Assembly (NCBI GenBank): GCA_964106645.2 | Contig: CAXKZF020000232.1 | Reading direction: 5' to 3' (one strand) | Origin: Podarcis pityusensis | Taxonomy: Eukaryota | DNA: 64,000 nucleotides | Shown here: piece by piece, positions 35,890 through 46,124 of the stretch | Position numbering within the stretch: position 1 is the stretch's first letter | Layout of the letters: each line of letters starts with the position of its first letter | Position numbers and translations under genes: made by a program | The notes under the pieces: model-generated | Seen by the model: only the letters and a program-made list of their open reading frames with translations | Databases searched by the model: none | What the model was told of the DNA's origin: nothing

Positions 35890-37011
35890 TTAGGCTACGT
35901 TGGTACCGTTCGAGACGGCGGTCACCTCAGGAGCGATACCAGCGGCACCGACGAAGTGACGGACACGGAACTCGATGTCGTCGTTCAGGAACGATCCCTC
36001 GCGAGGAGCGACAGGGCCACCGCCGAGCGTAACGCCAGTAGCGTTCGCCATGCGGAGCTCAGGTGCCTCACGGCCACGGAGCTTCGAGAAGACCACAGCC
36101 GGGCGGATGCCAGCAGAGCCGGTCGGAACCAGGTACCAGGTCGTGTTCGCGTTAGCCGACTTGTCGATGACAGGCAGCCACGGGTTGACGATGACGTTCA
36201 GCGCCGAGATCGGGTTCGCGTACTGGTAGGTACCGTTCACCGGGTCCTCGATCACGAACGAGCTGACACCAGTCAGGCGGCGAGCCTCAGCCTCAAGGGC
36301 AGGCGGCACGATGAGCGAGAACGCTCCGACCATGACGGGGTTGCCGTTGAAGCGGCGAGTGCGGACAGCCGCCATCGCGTTCTCCAGCGCAGCCACGGAG
36401 AGTGCCGGGTTGCCGGGGATCAGGTTGCCGTTCGCCTCGTTGAAGAAGCGAGCGTTCGGGCCGGTCTCCGAGGCAAGGACCTCAGTCGCCACGATGTCCT
36501 CGATGTTGCGAGCCTGCTGGGCAAGCTGACCAGGAAGCGTCTCAAGGATGCCCCACTCGTCGTTCAGCAGCATTTCGAACGAGAAGATCGCACGGTTACC
36601 GTACTTGGCGACACCGAAGCTGGTCTCAGACGCAGCGAAGGTGATCGTCGGGTACTCGGTCAGCTCGGGGATGCGAGCCAGGCCACCCGGAGTCTCAGTG
36701 ACAGTCTTGACGCCACCGTTCTCCTCAAGGTTGCTCGACACGTCAGGCATGAAGCTGTAGAACTCCTGCGGACGCAGGTTGTTGACGTTGAACTGTCGCG
36801 TGTACTGCGGGTACACCGACTCGATCTGCGCGTACTCACCGAGGAACGCACGCTGCGTCACGGCACGGAAGGCAGCCGGGAAGTCCGACGTGCTGTGTGC
36901 CTCTTCGATGGGGCGGATCTGGTTCTTGATAGTTGCCTGAGCGATGAAGTCGCCATCGAGGGCGTGCTCGATCAGCTCAGACACTTCGTTGAAGCGCTTG
37001 TTGTCGATCAT
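35890..37011 (-). CDS. major capsid protein
   Basis: STSDFP, KYG..FSFEML.NDE, LIVPPALE, F.NDDIEFRVRH. Confidence 0.88.
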   Translation of the reverse strand: MIDNKRFNEVSELIEHALDGDFIAQATIKNQIRPIEEAHSTSDFPAAFRAVTQRAFLGEYAQIESVYPQYTRQFNVNNLRPQEFYSFMPDVSSNLEENGGVKTVTETPGGLARIPELTEYPTITFAASETSFGVAKYGNRAIFSFEMLLNDEWGILETLPGQLAQQARNIEDIVATEVLASETGPNARFFNEANGNLIPGNPALSVAALENAMAAVRTRRFNGNPVMVGAFSLIVPPALEAEARRLTGVSSFVIEDPVNGTYQYANPISALNVIVNPWLPVIDKSANANTTWYLVPTGSAGIRPAVVFSKLRGREAPELRMANATGVTLGGGPVAPREGSFLNDDIEFRVRHFVGAAGIAPEVTAVSNGTNVA

Positions 37012-37397
37012 TAGTTGTGAATCCTTACTACGACGGGCTGACCGGCGGTTGCGCCCTTAGTTGTGAGTGCGTGACCGAACAGTGCGTTAGCGCCAGCGTT
37101 GTCCGTCGATGTCACAGTCCCTGTGGGTGTGATGAAGACGGGATCGCCCACGGCTAGCGTGACGGTTCCGGCGACGTTGAGGCGGTACGCTCCCTTGAGC
37201 GAGACGCTTGCGTAGCCGTCCTTGTTGCCGCTCGGGTGCTGGTCCCATGCTCCGTGCTCGGCGTGCCATGCTGTCGGCTCGTCAGTCGTCGCGACGCCGT
37301 TCAGGTCACCGACGCGTACTGCGTCGCCTGAAAGCGTACCGACCTTGACTGGGAGAGACAGGTAATCGGCTGCCTTGAATACTTCATTGCGTGCCAT
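37011..37397 (-). CDS. capsid decoration/cement protein (DUF2190-like)
   Basis: MARN, SGDAV.VG.L.GVA. Confidence 0.75.
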   Translation of the reverse strand: MARNEVFKAADYLSLPVKVGTLSGDAVRVGDLNGVATTDEPTAWHAEHGAWDQHPSGNKDGYASVSLKGAYRLNVAGTVTLAVGDPVFITPTGTVTSTDNAGANALFGHALTTKGATAGQPVVVRIHN

Positions 37398-37410
37398 ATC
37401 TTATCCTTAC

Positions 37411-38331
37411 TTACTTAGTCCAGCGGCTAGGCAGCTTTGCCTCGACCGGAGCCTTCTGCTGCTCCTCGGCTTCGCGGCGGGCAGACTCTTCTGCACCGGC
37501 CTCGTCACCAGCGTCAGCGGCGTTGTCAGCGAGGTACGCCTCTTCGGCAGCGATCAGGGTGGCGATGTCCTCGCCGTTTGCCTTGTGAAGGTCCAGAACG
37601 CGCTTACGACCGGCTGCACCGAGCTTCGAAGCAGAAAGCGCCTCGACCAGCTCAACAGTCTTGTCGAAGTCAGCGACCTTGACCTCCTTGGGTGCCTGCT
37701 CCTCAGCCGAAACCTGTGCAGGCTCGATCTCAGCAACGGCAGCCTCAATGGCGTCCTTGATCAGCTTCGGAAGTGCGGCCTCAAGAGCGTCAATCTTCTC
37801 AGCGAGTTCCATATTTCCTTCTTCTTCGAGTTGTGCCGATTCGAGAATCGACATGATCTTGCCGCCTGCGCCAGCCTTCACTACGAAGTCTGCGCTTCTG
37901 GCTTCGATAAGTTCCTTAAAGACAGGAACGGTCTTACCATTCATCTTCTCGTTGGTCGTTACCCCGAGGGCACGAATCGAGATTCCGATGTGATCCTTGA
38001 GTGACTTGATCAGCGGGATCTGGTGCTCGAACACTTCGATGTTCGCGTACAGTCCGTCGTTCTCGTACACTGCGTCTTCGGCCAGCGTTCCCGCGAAGGT
38101 TGTCACGGAGCCGAATGGCTTGTGCGTCTTCTCGTCGGGAGTCTGGTGGTCCAGGTACATAGGCGTACCCTTCTTGAAAATCTTCGGGCCGTCACGGCGA
38201 ACCGTCTCAGCCGGGTAGTAGCCCGAAGATCCCATGCGGTCACCCTCGATGAGACGGACGCGATACTTGCGGCCCGTCAGTTCGATGGGCTCGACGTTGA
38301 AAGTCGCTGCCTCTAGGATTTCCGTCTTCAT
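37411..38331 (-). CDS. capsid maturation protease / scaffold
   Basis: MYLDH, IGISI, SADFV..AGAGG; acidic coiled-coil tail. Confidence 0.8.
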   Translation of the reverse strand: MKTEILEAATFNVEPIELTGRKYRVRLIEGDRMGSSGYYPAETVRRDGPKIFKKGTPMYLDHQTPDEKTHKPFGSVTTFAGTLAEDAVYENDGLYANIEVFEHQIPLIKSLKDHIGISIRALGVTTNEKMNGKTVPVFKELIEARSADFVVKAGAGGKIMSILESAQLEEEGNMELAEKIDALEAALPKLIKDAIEAAVAEIEPAQVSAEEQAPKEVKVADFDKTVELVEALSASKLGAAGRKRVLDLHKANGEDIATLIAAEEAYLADNAADAGDEAGAEESARREAEEQQKAPVEAKLPSRWTK

Positions 38332-38357
38332 ACTAAATCTACTATACCATAGAGCAT

Positions 38358-40010
38358 TTACTTACCCTCGTCCTTTGAGCGGTTGTCGCGTGCCGAGTTG
38401 GCCGTACCCTGTGCCTTGCCAGCCGCCGAGACGCCTCCCGAGACCCCCTGCTTGGCGATCACAGAGGGCTGCGTGTTGCCCTGAGCCCCGGAAACACCGG
38501 GCTCTGGGAGCTCAGGCTTCTCGGGGAGCTCGTCCCACGGCTTGTACGGCGGGATGCCGAAGACATCCAGTGCTTCCTTGCGAACTTCCTCAGGGTGCAG
38601 GATGTAGAGTTCCATCATCGTACCGAGAGCGGCGATGCGGTCCTTGGTGCTGTCGCTGTCGATCGGCGGGAACGACACAGTTACGTAGTCGCGACCGGAG
38701 CCGCTGTTCTTGCGGGCCGCGCCCTGTGCCTCATTAGCCTCACTAAGAGACGGCTTGCCCTCACCGAGCTCCGAGACCTTGAGGCCCCAGAAGTGGAAGA
38801 TGTCCAGGAAGCGCTCGACGTGGAGCTGCTGTCGCGTCTCCATCGCCTTGCGTGTCGGGCCGTCCAGCGTCTCAGCCGCAGAGCGGTTGCCCGCACCGGG
38901 GTCAGACGTGATGACGACCTTCGAGACCTCAAGACCGGAGGCGATCGCCGCAGCGAGGGCCGACCCGTTCTCGAAGTTGACCGATGAGCCGTTGGCAGGC
39001 AGGGCGATGATCTCCTGACCGTTGCCGGTCACAGCCGATCCACCCACGTCCTTGAGCTCGCCCGTCAGTCCGTCACGGACAGGAGCACGACGGATAGCCG
39101 AGGCTGCTGCCTGCTGGCCTGTGCCGCTCGCTGACTTGTACTGCCACGCCAGGCGGCTGTACGCCTTGACGAGCAGGGCGTTGTCCTCAAGGTACTCCTT
39201 GTAGGCACGAGCCCAGAAGATGACCGGCATGACGTCCGGCAGTCCCCACTTCCAGCCAACCTGCTTGTTGACCGTCATGTGGTGCACTACGTAGTCCTGC
39301 GAGACCGGGTGACCGCGCCATGACTTGTGCATGGCCTTGCCCTCAGCCGCACGACGCTGCGTGTACTCGATCGTCGGGTAGTAGATGATCTTCTCGGTCG
39401 TCTTGGTGTGACCGGCAGTAGTGGTCGTCACCTCGTCCCACGTACGCTTGTACATGATGACCGTCTCGCGGTCCTCCTTGTCGGAGACCGCACCGCTGAT
39501 CTGATCCAGCGGAATCCTGAACCCGTGGCGTACCTTCGAGTCGTTGCTGAGCGCCGTGAACACGTTGCCGTCCGTGGCAAGGGCGCGCTCAAGCTCCTCG
39601 AACGCCTGCGGACTGAACACACGCTTGCGGTTGATGTCCATTTCCTTGGCGACAGTCTCAACGCCGTCGAAGGCGACACCCTTCCCCCAGATGTAGGAGA
39701 TTCGGGCCTGGACACCGCGCTTCACGAACGGGTTCATCATGTTCATGGCACGAGCGAGCTTGGCGACCTTCTTGACGGTCTCCAGGCTCAGCTCGTTGGC
39801 GTCGTTGCTGTTCTCCAGCGGCGTCCAGCCGATGTTGTCGAAGCGATCGCTGATCTCAAGGAGTGATTCCTGGAGTTCGCGCACTTCCTGGAGCGTAGCC
39901 CCGAGATCCTGCTGGAGATCGCCGTTGGACTGCGCCAGCATGTCCCGTTCCACGAAAATCGCGTCTTCAACGATGTCTAGGGCGCGCTCTGGGCGTGGAA
40001 TTAGGCTCAT
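38358..40010 (-). CDS. portal protein
   Basis: 550 aa after terminase; DGNVF, WGLPD. Confidence 0.8.
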   Translation of the reverse strand: MSLIPRPERALDIVEDAIFVERDMLAQSNGDLQQDLGATLQEVRELQESLLEISDRFDNIGWTPLENSNDANELSLETVKKVAKLARAMNMMNPFVKRGVQARISYIWGKGVAFDGVETVAKEMDINRKRVFSPQAFEELERALATDGNVFTALSNDSKVRHGFRIPLDQISGAVSDKEDRETVIMYKRTWDEVTTTTAGHTKTTEKIIYYPTIEYTQRRAAEGKAMHKSWRGHPVSQDYVVHHMTVNKQVGWKWGLPDVMPVIFWARAYKEYLEDNALLVKAYSRLAWQYKSASGTGQQAAASAIRRAPVRDGLTGELKDVGGSAVTGNGQEIIALPANGSSVNFENGSALAAAIASGLEVSKVVITSDPGAGNRSAAETLDGPTRKAMETRQQLHVERFLDIFHFWGLKVSELGEGKPSLSEANEAQGAARKNSGSGRDYVTVSFPPIDSDSTKDRIAALGTMMELYILHPEEVRKEALDVFGIPPYKPWDELPEKPELPEPGVSGAQGNTQPSVIAKQGVSGGVSAAGKAQGTANSARDNRSKDEGK

Positions 40011-40038
40011 AGTAGTTCCATTCTAGCAGTTAGCACCG

Positions 40039-41691
40039 CTAATAGGGGCTGATCCAGCCGTTTTCCTCCGCCATGCCAAGGAATGCCTGTGCATCCATGC
40101 TGAACTTGTCTCCTGGCTGGAGACCGGGGATCGGGCTGTTCGTTCTCGTGAGGTCTGCCATAGCGTAGATGGCGGCGTCTGCGAAGTCGGGGGACTTGAG
40201 GCCGCGCTTACGCATGTCATCCTTGGACTCGATCTGGAGAGCGCCCTGCTGGTTCTTGAAGTGGTACTGAACCTGCTGGAGTTCGTCTGCGAGCTTCGTG
40301 TCGTTGATGTCAATGTCGATCATACCACGACTCATCTGCTCACGGGCGTCGTCGTACCAGTATGCACGCGCATTTCGCCAGCGATAGCGGTCAGGGCTGG
40401 CAGCCGAGCCGCGCATTTCCACGACCTGGTACGAGCCCTCCGAGAGTCTGGTGATCTGGTCGAGGATCGGTCCACCGATACCCTCAGCGTCCACTCGCAC
40501 CTCTTCTGCGCCGTAGCTGACGGCGAGCTGGTGCACTCGGGACGCGGACTCCATGCCGTCCACCTTGATCTCGTCAGCCTTGCCGCCCCATGCGTCAACG
40601 AGCCTGACCTGCCCATCTTCGTACTTGTAGACGGTCGAGTAGTCAGGGCCGAACCGGGAGAGGTCCACGCCGAGGATGATCTTGGCCTCGCGGCTCGGGC
40701 GGATGTCCGTGTCCCAGCCGACCTGCATGGTCGCCAGGGAGAAGAGCGTGTTGAGCGAGGTGTCAGGGAACTTGCCGAGGACCTTCGCGGCCCACAGCGG
40801 GCTGTCCTCGCCCCATGCCAGGCGACGCTCCTCGACCCACGTCTTGTTGGGCAGCATCGGGAGGATGTCGGCCTTCGTGTCCTTGTCGCGCTCCCAACGC
40901 GCAGCCCACTCGCGCTCCCGGCAGTTCTCGGGGTCGTAGCAGTTCATGTTGGCCCGGTCTTCGTCCGTGAAGTGGCCCTTGTGGTCTCGGGTGTAGTTCG
41001 GGCTGTCGAAGCTGGAGATATCGATGCGATGCCACGTAGGGTCGCTGGTGAAGAACTTGTAGAAGTGGGCGCTCGGATCGTCAGGGTTGCCGACTGCCAG
41101 GATGCGGGAGTTCTCGGTGGTCGTGATCGCTTCGACGGCGGTGAACAGCTTCGGCACGATGCCGCACGACTCGTCCACCACAACCAATACGTATCGACGG
41201 TGAATACCCTGGAAGGCGTGGTCGTTCGAGTCAGCAGGCTTGCGCCCGAACCCGACGAGCGTTCCGTTGGCGGTCTTCCAGTCGTCGTCCTGTGTGATGT
41301 ACCCAGGCAGTTCCATGGGCGACAGTCCCAGCTCGAATCGCTCCTTAGCGATGCGGTGGTGGCGTCTGATGGCCTCCCAGAGGATGTTGTGGACCTGAGG
41401 GTAGGTTGGGGCAGTGGTCACCACGATTGCCTCGCCTACGGGCCGCGTAGCGACCCACCAGCAGGCGATGATGGACGCGATCTCAGACTTGCCCGAACCG
41501 TGGCAGCTCCGTACGGCAGTGTGGATGTTGTCCTGCACAGAGCGCAGGATGTCCACCTGCTTCGACCACGGGTGGAATCCGAGCACATCCTGAGCGAACA
41601 GGACCGGATCATCGCGGTATCGCGACATCCGGCTCTGCTGCTCGAACTGACTGCGGGCCTGTGCCAGGACCCTCTTGGTTACGTCATCCAT
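40039..41691 (-). CDS. terL: terminase large subunit
   Basis: CHGSGKS, VVDES, GNP, GVDLSRFGPD, SPDFADA. Confidence 0.93.
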   Translation of the reverse strand: MDDVTKRVLAQARSQFEQQSRMSRYRDDPVLFAQDVLGFHPWSKQVDILRSVQDNIHTAVRSCHGSGKSEIASIIACWWVATRPVGEAIVVTTAPTYPQVHNILWEAIRRHHRIAKERFELGLSPMELPGYITQDDDWKTANGTLVGFGRKPADSNDHAFQGIHRRYVLVVVDESCGIVPKLFTAVEAITTTENSRILAVGNPDDPSAHFYKFFTSDPTWHRIDISSFDSPNYTRDHKGHFTDEDRANMNCYDPENCREREWAARWERDKDTKADILPMLPNKTWVEERRLAWGEDSPLWAAKVLGKFPDTSLNTLFSLATMQVGWDTDIRPSREAKIILGVDLSRFGPDYSTVYKYEDGQVRLVDAWGGKADEIKVDGMESASRVHQLAVSYGAEEVRVDAEGIGGPILDQITRLSEGSYQVVEMRGSAASPDRYRWRNARAYWYDDAREQMSRGMIDIDINDTKLADELQQVQYHFKNQQGALQIESKDDMRKRGLKSPDFADAAIYAMADLTRTNSPIPGLQPGDKFSMDAQAFLGMAEENGWISPY

Positions 41692-41694
41692 CTG

Positions 41695-42180
41695 CTATGC
41701 CTCTAGCTGCTTCTGTGCTGCCTCGATCTGCGTGAGTGTGAACGTCGCCCACTCATCTTCGGACTTGAATGCGTCAGGGGCGACGGATCTGAACGCTGCC
41801 ACGAGCATGTTCAGGGTGTGCAGGTAGACCGCGAGCTGGTGCTCGTACATCTTCTGCATGAGCTCGGCATCGGCCTCCTTGTTGAGGGCCAGGAGCTCGT
41901 TGAGCTGCTGGAGCACCATGACGAGGTTCTTCACGTCGTCGCTCTCAGCATGCTTCATCGTGCGCTCCCAGAGGGCGTCCACGATCTTCTCCAGGCGGTA
42001 CACCTGGAGGCGACGCCGCTGGTCGGCGTCTGTGATGATCTCCTTGTCCAGGAGGTCGTAGGCAAGCTTGCTCGCCTCAGCGGGGGTCACCCCGAGTACC
42101 TGTGCAATCTGGCGTGGCGTCTTGCCCGCCGCGATCATGTCGAGGACTGTGCCCTCTAGTAGGCTCAGTTCCTTAGCCAT
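41695..42180 (-). CDS. terminase small subunit (HTH)
   Basis: N-terminal HTH; upstream of terL. Confidence 0.65.
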   Translation of the reverse strand: MAKELSLLEGTVLDMIAAGKTPRQIAQVLGVTPAEASKLAYDLLDKEIITDADQRRRLQVYRLEKIVDALWERTMKHAESDDVKNLVMVLQQLNELLALNKEADAELMQKMYEHQLAVYLHTLNMLVAAFRSVAPDAFKSEDEWATFTLTQIEAAQKQLEA

Positions 42181-42451
42181 CGTGCACTACTCTCTCTCGC
42201 TCGAAGAACCACGGAATCTCCTGGATGATCTTCACCCGCTGTGGCTCGCCATTGTCGTCTGGTAGGGCTGTCCTCTTAGTGATCCTAACGGTCCCCGGCT
42301 CAATCACGATCTCCATGAGGTCTTCTACGGGGGCGTCGATCATGGCAGCGAACAGCTTCGCCGTCTCTGTGATCTCTCGGTTATACATGATTACGGGCGC
42401 AGTCCTTACTTGCATACAGGTGGGGGTCGCAGTGCTCCTTGTGGGCTTCAT
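42173..42451 (-). CDS. hypothetical protein (start uncertain)
   Basis: ORF coupled to the putative terS. Confidence 0.5.
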   Translation of the reverse strand: MKPTRSTATPTCMQVRTAPVIMYNREITETAKLFAAMIDAPVEDLMEIVIEPGTVRITKRTALPDDNGEPQRVKIIQEIPWFFERERVVHDG

Positions 42452-42511
42452 AGGCCGCTGCGTTGGGGTAGGTCCACCAGCAGTCCTGGCAGGCCCAGCG
42501 GGTCTCCTCGC

Positions 42512-42841
42512 TCAAAGGTCGTCGCCGGTCTTGAGCACAGGCAGGTCCCACATGCGTTCATACCGGCGGTTCCCCTCGATCACGGCGATGGGGAGCATGT
42601 TGCTGTGCTTGCGAAGGATGTCTAGGGCGTTCGTCCTGAACGTGGCATGATCCTTGTCACCGGAGTTGACGATCACGCTGTCCCACTCAACGGTGAGCGG
42701 GACGGCCCCGCCGCTGTTCTCCTGGAGCAGGACCAGGGGGATCGGCGTCTGCTCCTGATAGAAGGTGATCAGATCGGCTGTACTGGGCTGTACGGTGTAG
42801 CCGTCCAGGACGACGAGGATGACGGGGGTTACTGTGCTCAT
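42512..42841 (-). CDS. hypothetical protein
   Basis: Leaderless, after TGTGGTAGACT. Confidence 0.65.
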   Translation of the reverse strand: MSTVTPVILVVLDGYTVQPSTADLITFYQEQTPIPLVLLQENSGGAVPLTVEWDSVIVNSGDKDHATFRTNALDILRKHSNMLPIAVIEGNRRYERMWDLPVLKTGDDL

Positions 42842-43007
42842 GCTGCGAGTCTACCACATGTATAGGGAAGTATAGGCTCGTATAGCTGAATCTTGCTCAT
42901 GTATCGTTGTTAAGCTTTTCTGGGGGGATTTTTATTTATAATTTTTTATATTTTGTCCCGGCCATGTTAAAAATCGCCCCGGATACTTACGCGCACCCCC
43001 CATCCAC

Positions 43008-43097
43008 ACCCTATGCCTTTCCTATGAGTTTCCTGAGTTCTTTCAGTGAGCCTGCTGTGAGCCCGAACCCTATGTGATCCCTATGTGATCCCTATGC
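43008..43097. repeat. CCTATG short direct repeats
   Basis: CCCTATGTGAT x2 plus further CC(C)TATG copies. Confidence 0.7.
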
Positions 43098-43477
43098 TGC
43101 ATGCCTACGCAAGTATGCAACCTCAAGCTGCTGAGTATTCCTCATTTGTTAGGTTAGGCTACCCTTACCTATCGAGCCGGGTCGATCATATACGATCCGT
43201 GCCGGCAGGGATCATATAGGATTCTGGCCCTAGCGTGTCCCCCCTCACATGTGGTATACGCATGCGGGCGCGGTCCTTTTCATCTCGCATGCGCGCGTGA
43301 GAATGATCCTCAATCGCGGGCCCGATTCCCCGTTACCAAACCGTTACATTGGGTGTCGCCCATCCCTTGCCCTCCGTGCTACGCTTGACGGAGTCAGGCT
43401 GAAAGATTGAGCCGGACCGGAGGGAACGGGCTCGGGCGCAGGGATGCAACCGGACCGGATCGGCCGCTACTTGACAA

Positions 43478-44431
43478 CTACACACTGATTCACACTCTCC
43501 CACCAGCGCACCGCGCGTCGCCACTATGGGCCGCGCGGGCAGGGTAGGGGGTACAGCGTCCGCCACGCATGCCACGCCCACCCATTGGGCGCACCGCTTG
43601 CACCGCGCGCCACCTAGGGCAAGCCAGGGATGGGGCACCTAGTGAGGAATCCTCACTTTCTCTCTCCACCTGATCCAAGCACCGCTAGGCCGCACCGCAC
43701 GACGGTTCGCACCGCATACCGCACCGCATGACGGCGCGACACTGTACCCCGTACCGTGCCAGGGCATCCGCCCGGTACGCAACCGATTAGGCTTCCTAAT
43801 CACTCACCAACGGGAGAGAAACATGAACGCAACCACGAACGTTGACCTTGCCGCCGCGCACTACGCGGAGGCAGTCACGAACAACCGAGGCTACGGTCTC
43901 GCCGCAAAGTTCGCGGCATACGCGCTCGCTGATCTGATCGACGCGAACACCACTCAGGGTGACGCCGCGGCAATGATCGCTGAGGCGGCCACCGCGGCCC
44001 TCACGGCGCGGACCGGCGGCAAGAGCCAGAAGTGCGGCGCGAACAAGGTCGTGCAGATGAGCCTGGCATTCGATGCCACGGTGGAGGCTGGCTTCAGCGC
44101 AGATGACGCCGACGTGATCGGTGCTGTCTACCGTGCCCGTGTCGGCAAGGTCGACGGCGGCGCAAAGCGGGTCACGGCGACGCTCGCCACGCTCAAGGGC
44201 GCGGACCCGGTGCAGGCCGTCGCCGCCCTGGAGTCGCTCACGCGGCAGGCGGGCAAGCCCAAGCAGGGCCCGACCCTGGAGGCCGTGCAGCGCACGCTGG
44301 ACGCATGGGCCGACGCGGAGTGGTCCGACACGGACCGCGCCACGCTCGCCGCCATGCTCGCCACCGCGGCGGAGGCGCACCTCAGCACGGACGCGCAGTA
44401 GCCAACCAAGAGAGTGTGAATCAGTGTGTAG
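43478..44431. repeat. perfect 22-bp inverted repeat pair (43478-43499 / 44410-44431)
   Basis: CTACACACTGATTCACACTCTC and its exact reverse complement. Confidence 0.9.
43823..44401 (+). CDS. Ala-rich early protein (paralog of 51473..52084)
   Basis: GGGAG RBS; alignment by eye. Confidence 0.75.
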   Translation: MNATTNVDLAAAHYAEAVTNNRGYGLAAKFAAYALADLIDANTTQGDAAAMIAEAATAALTARTGGKSQKCGANKVVQMSLAFDATVEAGFSADDADVIGAVYRARVGKVDGGAKRVTATLATLKGADPVQAVAALESLTRQAGKPKQGPTLEAVQRTLDAWADAEWSDTDRATLAAMLATAAEAHLSTDAQ

Positions 44432-44603
44432 GGGGAGGACAGGCCGCTAGGATAGGGCATGTCCTCCCCTTGTCGAGCCCCGACATTTTTTGTTGCTTTT
44501 AGGTCGCCTAAACAGCCCCGCTGTTAGGAAGCCTAAAAGTTCCAAAAACTTCCAAAAGTCCCCAAATTGCTAAATATCCCCGAGATTCCAGAAAGGTGGG
44601 AAG

Positions 44604-44873
44604 ATGGACACGCCACTGCCAACGCTCGCAGACCGCCTCAAGGCGATCAAGGTTGCCGCGGGCTACGCTGAGAACACGAAGCTCAGGAGACTGCCCAAGG
44701 TCACCAGGGCTAAGGCGCTGTCCTCCCACCACAACAACGGACGCATTGGTGAGATCGCTGGTCTCTACATGCCCCGGAGTGCTCACCGACGTGTGAGCAA
44801 CCAGAAGTCCAAGGTCACTGGTGTGTCGTCCGGTGGTCTCGTCAACCTTCCCGCATTCGAAGACAGAACCTGA
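44604..44873 (+). CDS. basic hypothetical protein
   Basis: RBS plus ORF. Confidence 0.6.
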   Translation: MDTPLPTLADRLKAIKVAAGYAENTKLRRLPKVTRAKALSSHHNNGRIGEIAGLYMPRSAHRRVSNQKSKVTGVSSGGLVNLPAFEDRT

Positions 44874-45018
44874 TTAGGAGCCCTAAAGTGGACTGCAAGC
44901 ACAACATCGTCATCTGGTCGCCCAACTGGGATGACACGGCGCAGGGTTACACCCCGCCGATGGTCGCGCTCTGCTGGGGCTGCCGTGAGGTTCGTTACGC
45001 TGCGGTGGTGACGCTGTA

Positions 45019-45255
45019 ATGGCGATCAACCCGATGCTGTACCGTGCTGCCATGTACCTCAAGACAGGGCATCCCGCCTACCGCCCCCACTGGGATGCGT
45101 ACATCGCAAGCCTCAACGAGAGCGACCAGCCCACCATCGCAACGATCGCAACCCTCTCCAACATGTCCACCACGGACGTGGCACGAGCGATCATCCGTGC
45201 CCTCAACGGCCTGAACCCGATCCCGACCCCCACCCCCATTAGGAGCCCTAAGTGA
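45019..45255 (+). CDS. hypothetical protein
   Basis: Coupled ORF. Confidence 0.6.
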   Translation: MAINPMLYRAAMYLKTGHPAYRPHWDAYIASLNESDQPTIATIATLSNMSTTDVARAIIRALNGLNPIPTPTPIRSPK

Positions 45256-45501
45256 TCTTCCCGAACCCCAAGTGGCGTAAGACCTTCCTCTTCGTCGGGA
45301 TCGCATCAGCAGCAATGGCAGCGGCGACCGTGATCGTGTTCTTCCTGATCCCGGCGTACGCTCACTTCATCCTCTGGATCGGAGCCGAGAACATCAGGAT
45401 GTGACAAGCCAAAACTAAAAATAGAAAACCTAAAATAGAAAACTTAATAAGCAAAACCCACCCACCCACCAGCAACACCTAGCCAAGTTAGGAACCCTAA
45501 A

Positions 45502-45681
45502 ATGGGCAACAAGACCAGCCACACCATCCACCAGCAGGACTACATCCCGGCGACTCGCAACGAGGACAAGAACGCGGAGCACAAGCGTGCCAAGCGTGAG
45601 TTCAGGCTCGCAGCATCCTCGCTCGCCTCTTCCACCCCGGAGGAGGACGACTACTTCGACACGGGCTTCTGGACGGACTGA
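45502..45681 (+). CDS. hypothetical protein
   Basis: ATG after TTAGGAACCCTAA. Confidence 0.55.
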   Translation: MGNKTSHTIHQQDYIPATRNEDKNAEHKRAKREFRLAASSLASSTPEEDDYFDTGFWTD

Positions 45682-45759
45682 TGACGGTCTGGGAGCTCTA
45701 CGCCGCGTTCTGTGTCGGCATAGCGATCGCGTTCTGCGTCGTGTTCGTGATCTACTGGT

Positions 45760-46020
45760 TCACGGATTAGACACCCTAAAGACGTCGAGAGCGTCTTCGA
45801 CCATGCTGGCACCGTGGATAGCAAGGATCTGCGCTAGCATGTTCTGAGCCCACTCGGCCTCGTAGACCTGAGCAACAGGGTAATCGTCAAGGTAGCCACC
45901 TCGACGTGCAGCCTGATAATGCGCCATGCAGAGTCCGCGAGCCTTGACCTCTCCACCACACTCTACACAACCAAGGTAGGTCTTCTCAACAGTAGCATCG
46001 GCTTCAATAACAGCAGTCAT
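45760..46020 (-). CDS. Zn-finger-like hypothetical protein
   Basis: CVECG..ARGLCMAHY; leaderless after TTGACA-17-TAGGGT. Confidence 0.6.
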   Translation of the reverse strand: MTAVIEADATVEKTYLGCVECGGEVKARGLCMAHYQAARRGGYLDDYPVAQVYEAEWAQNMLAQILAIHGASMVEDALDVFRVSNP

Positions 46021-46124
46021 GCCTACACCCTACCACATAACCACCCTAATGTCAAGGAGGTAACATGATCCGTGCACCGCCCTGAGGACACCGGAGGGCA
46101 CTCAACACACTTTTAGAGGATGAT

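Noticed and set aside
26723-41706. Long + strand ORFs opposite structural genes (e.g. 26723..28870, 32295..33863, 35407..37014, 40261..41706)
   Set aside because: Antisense shadows of GC-rich coding sequence; no motifs or RBS.
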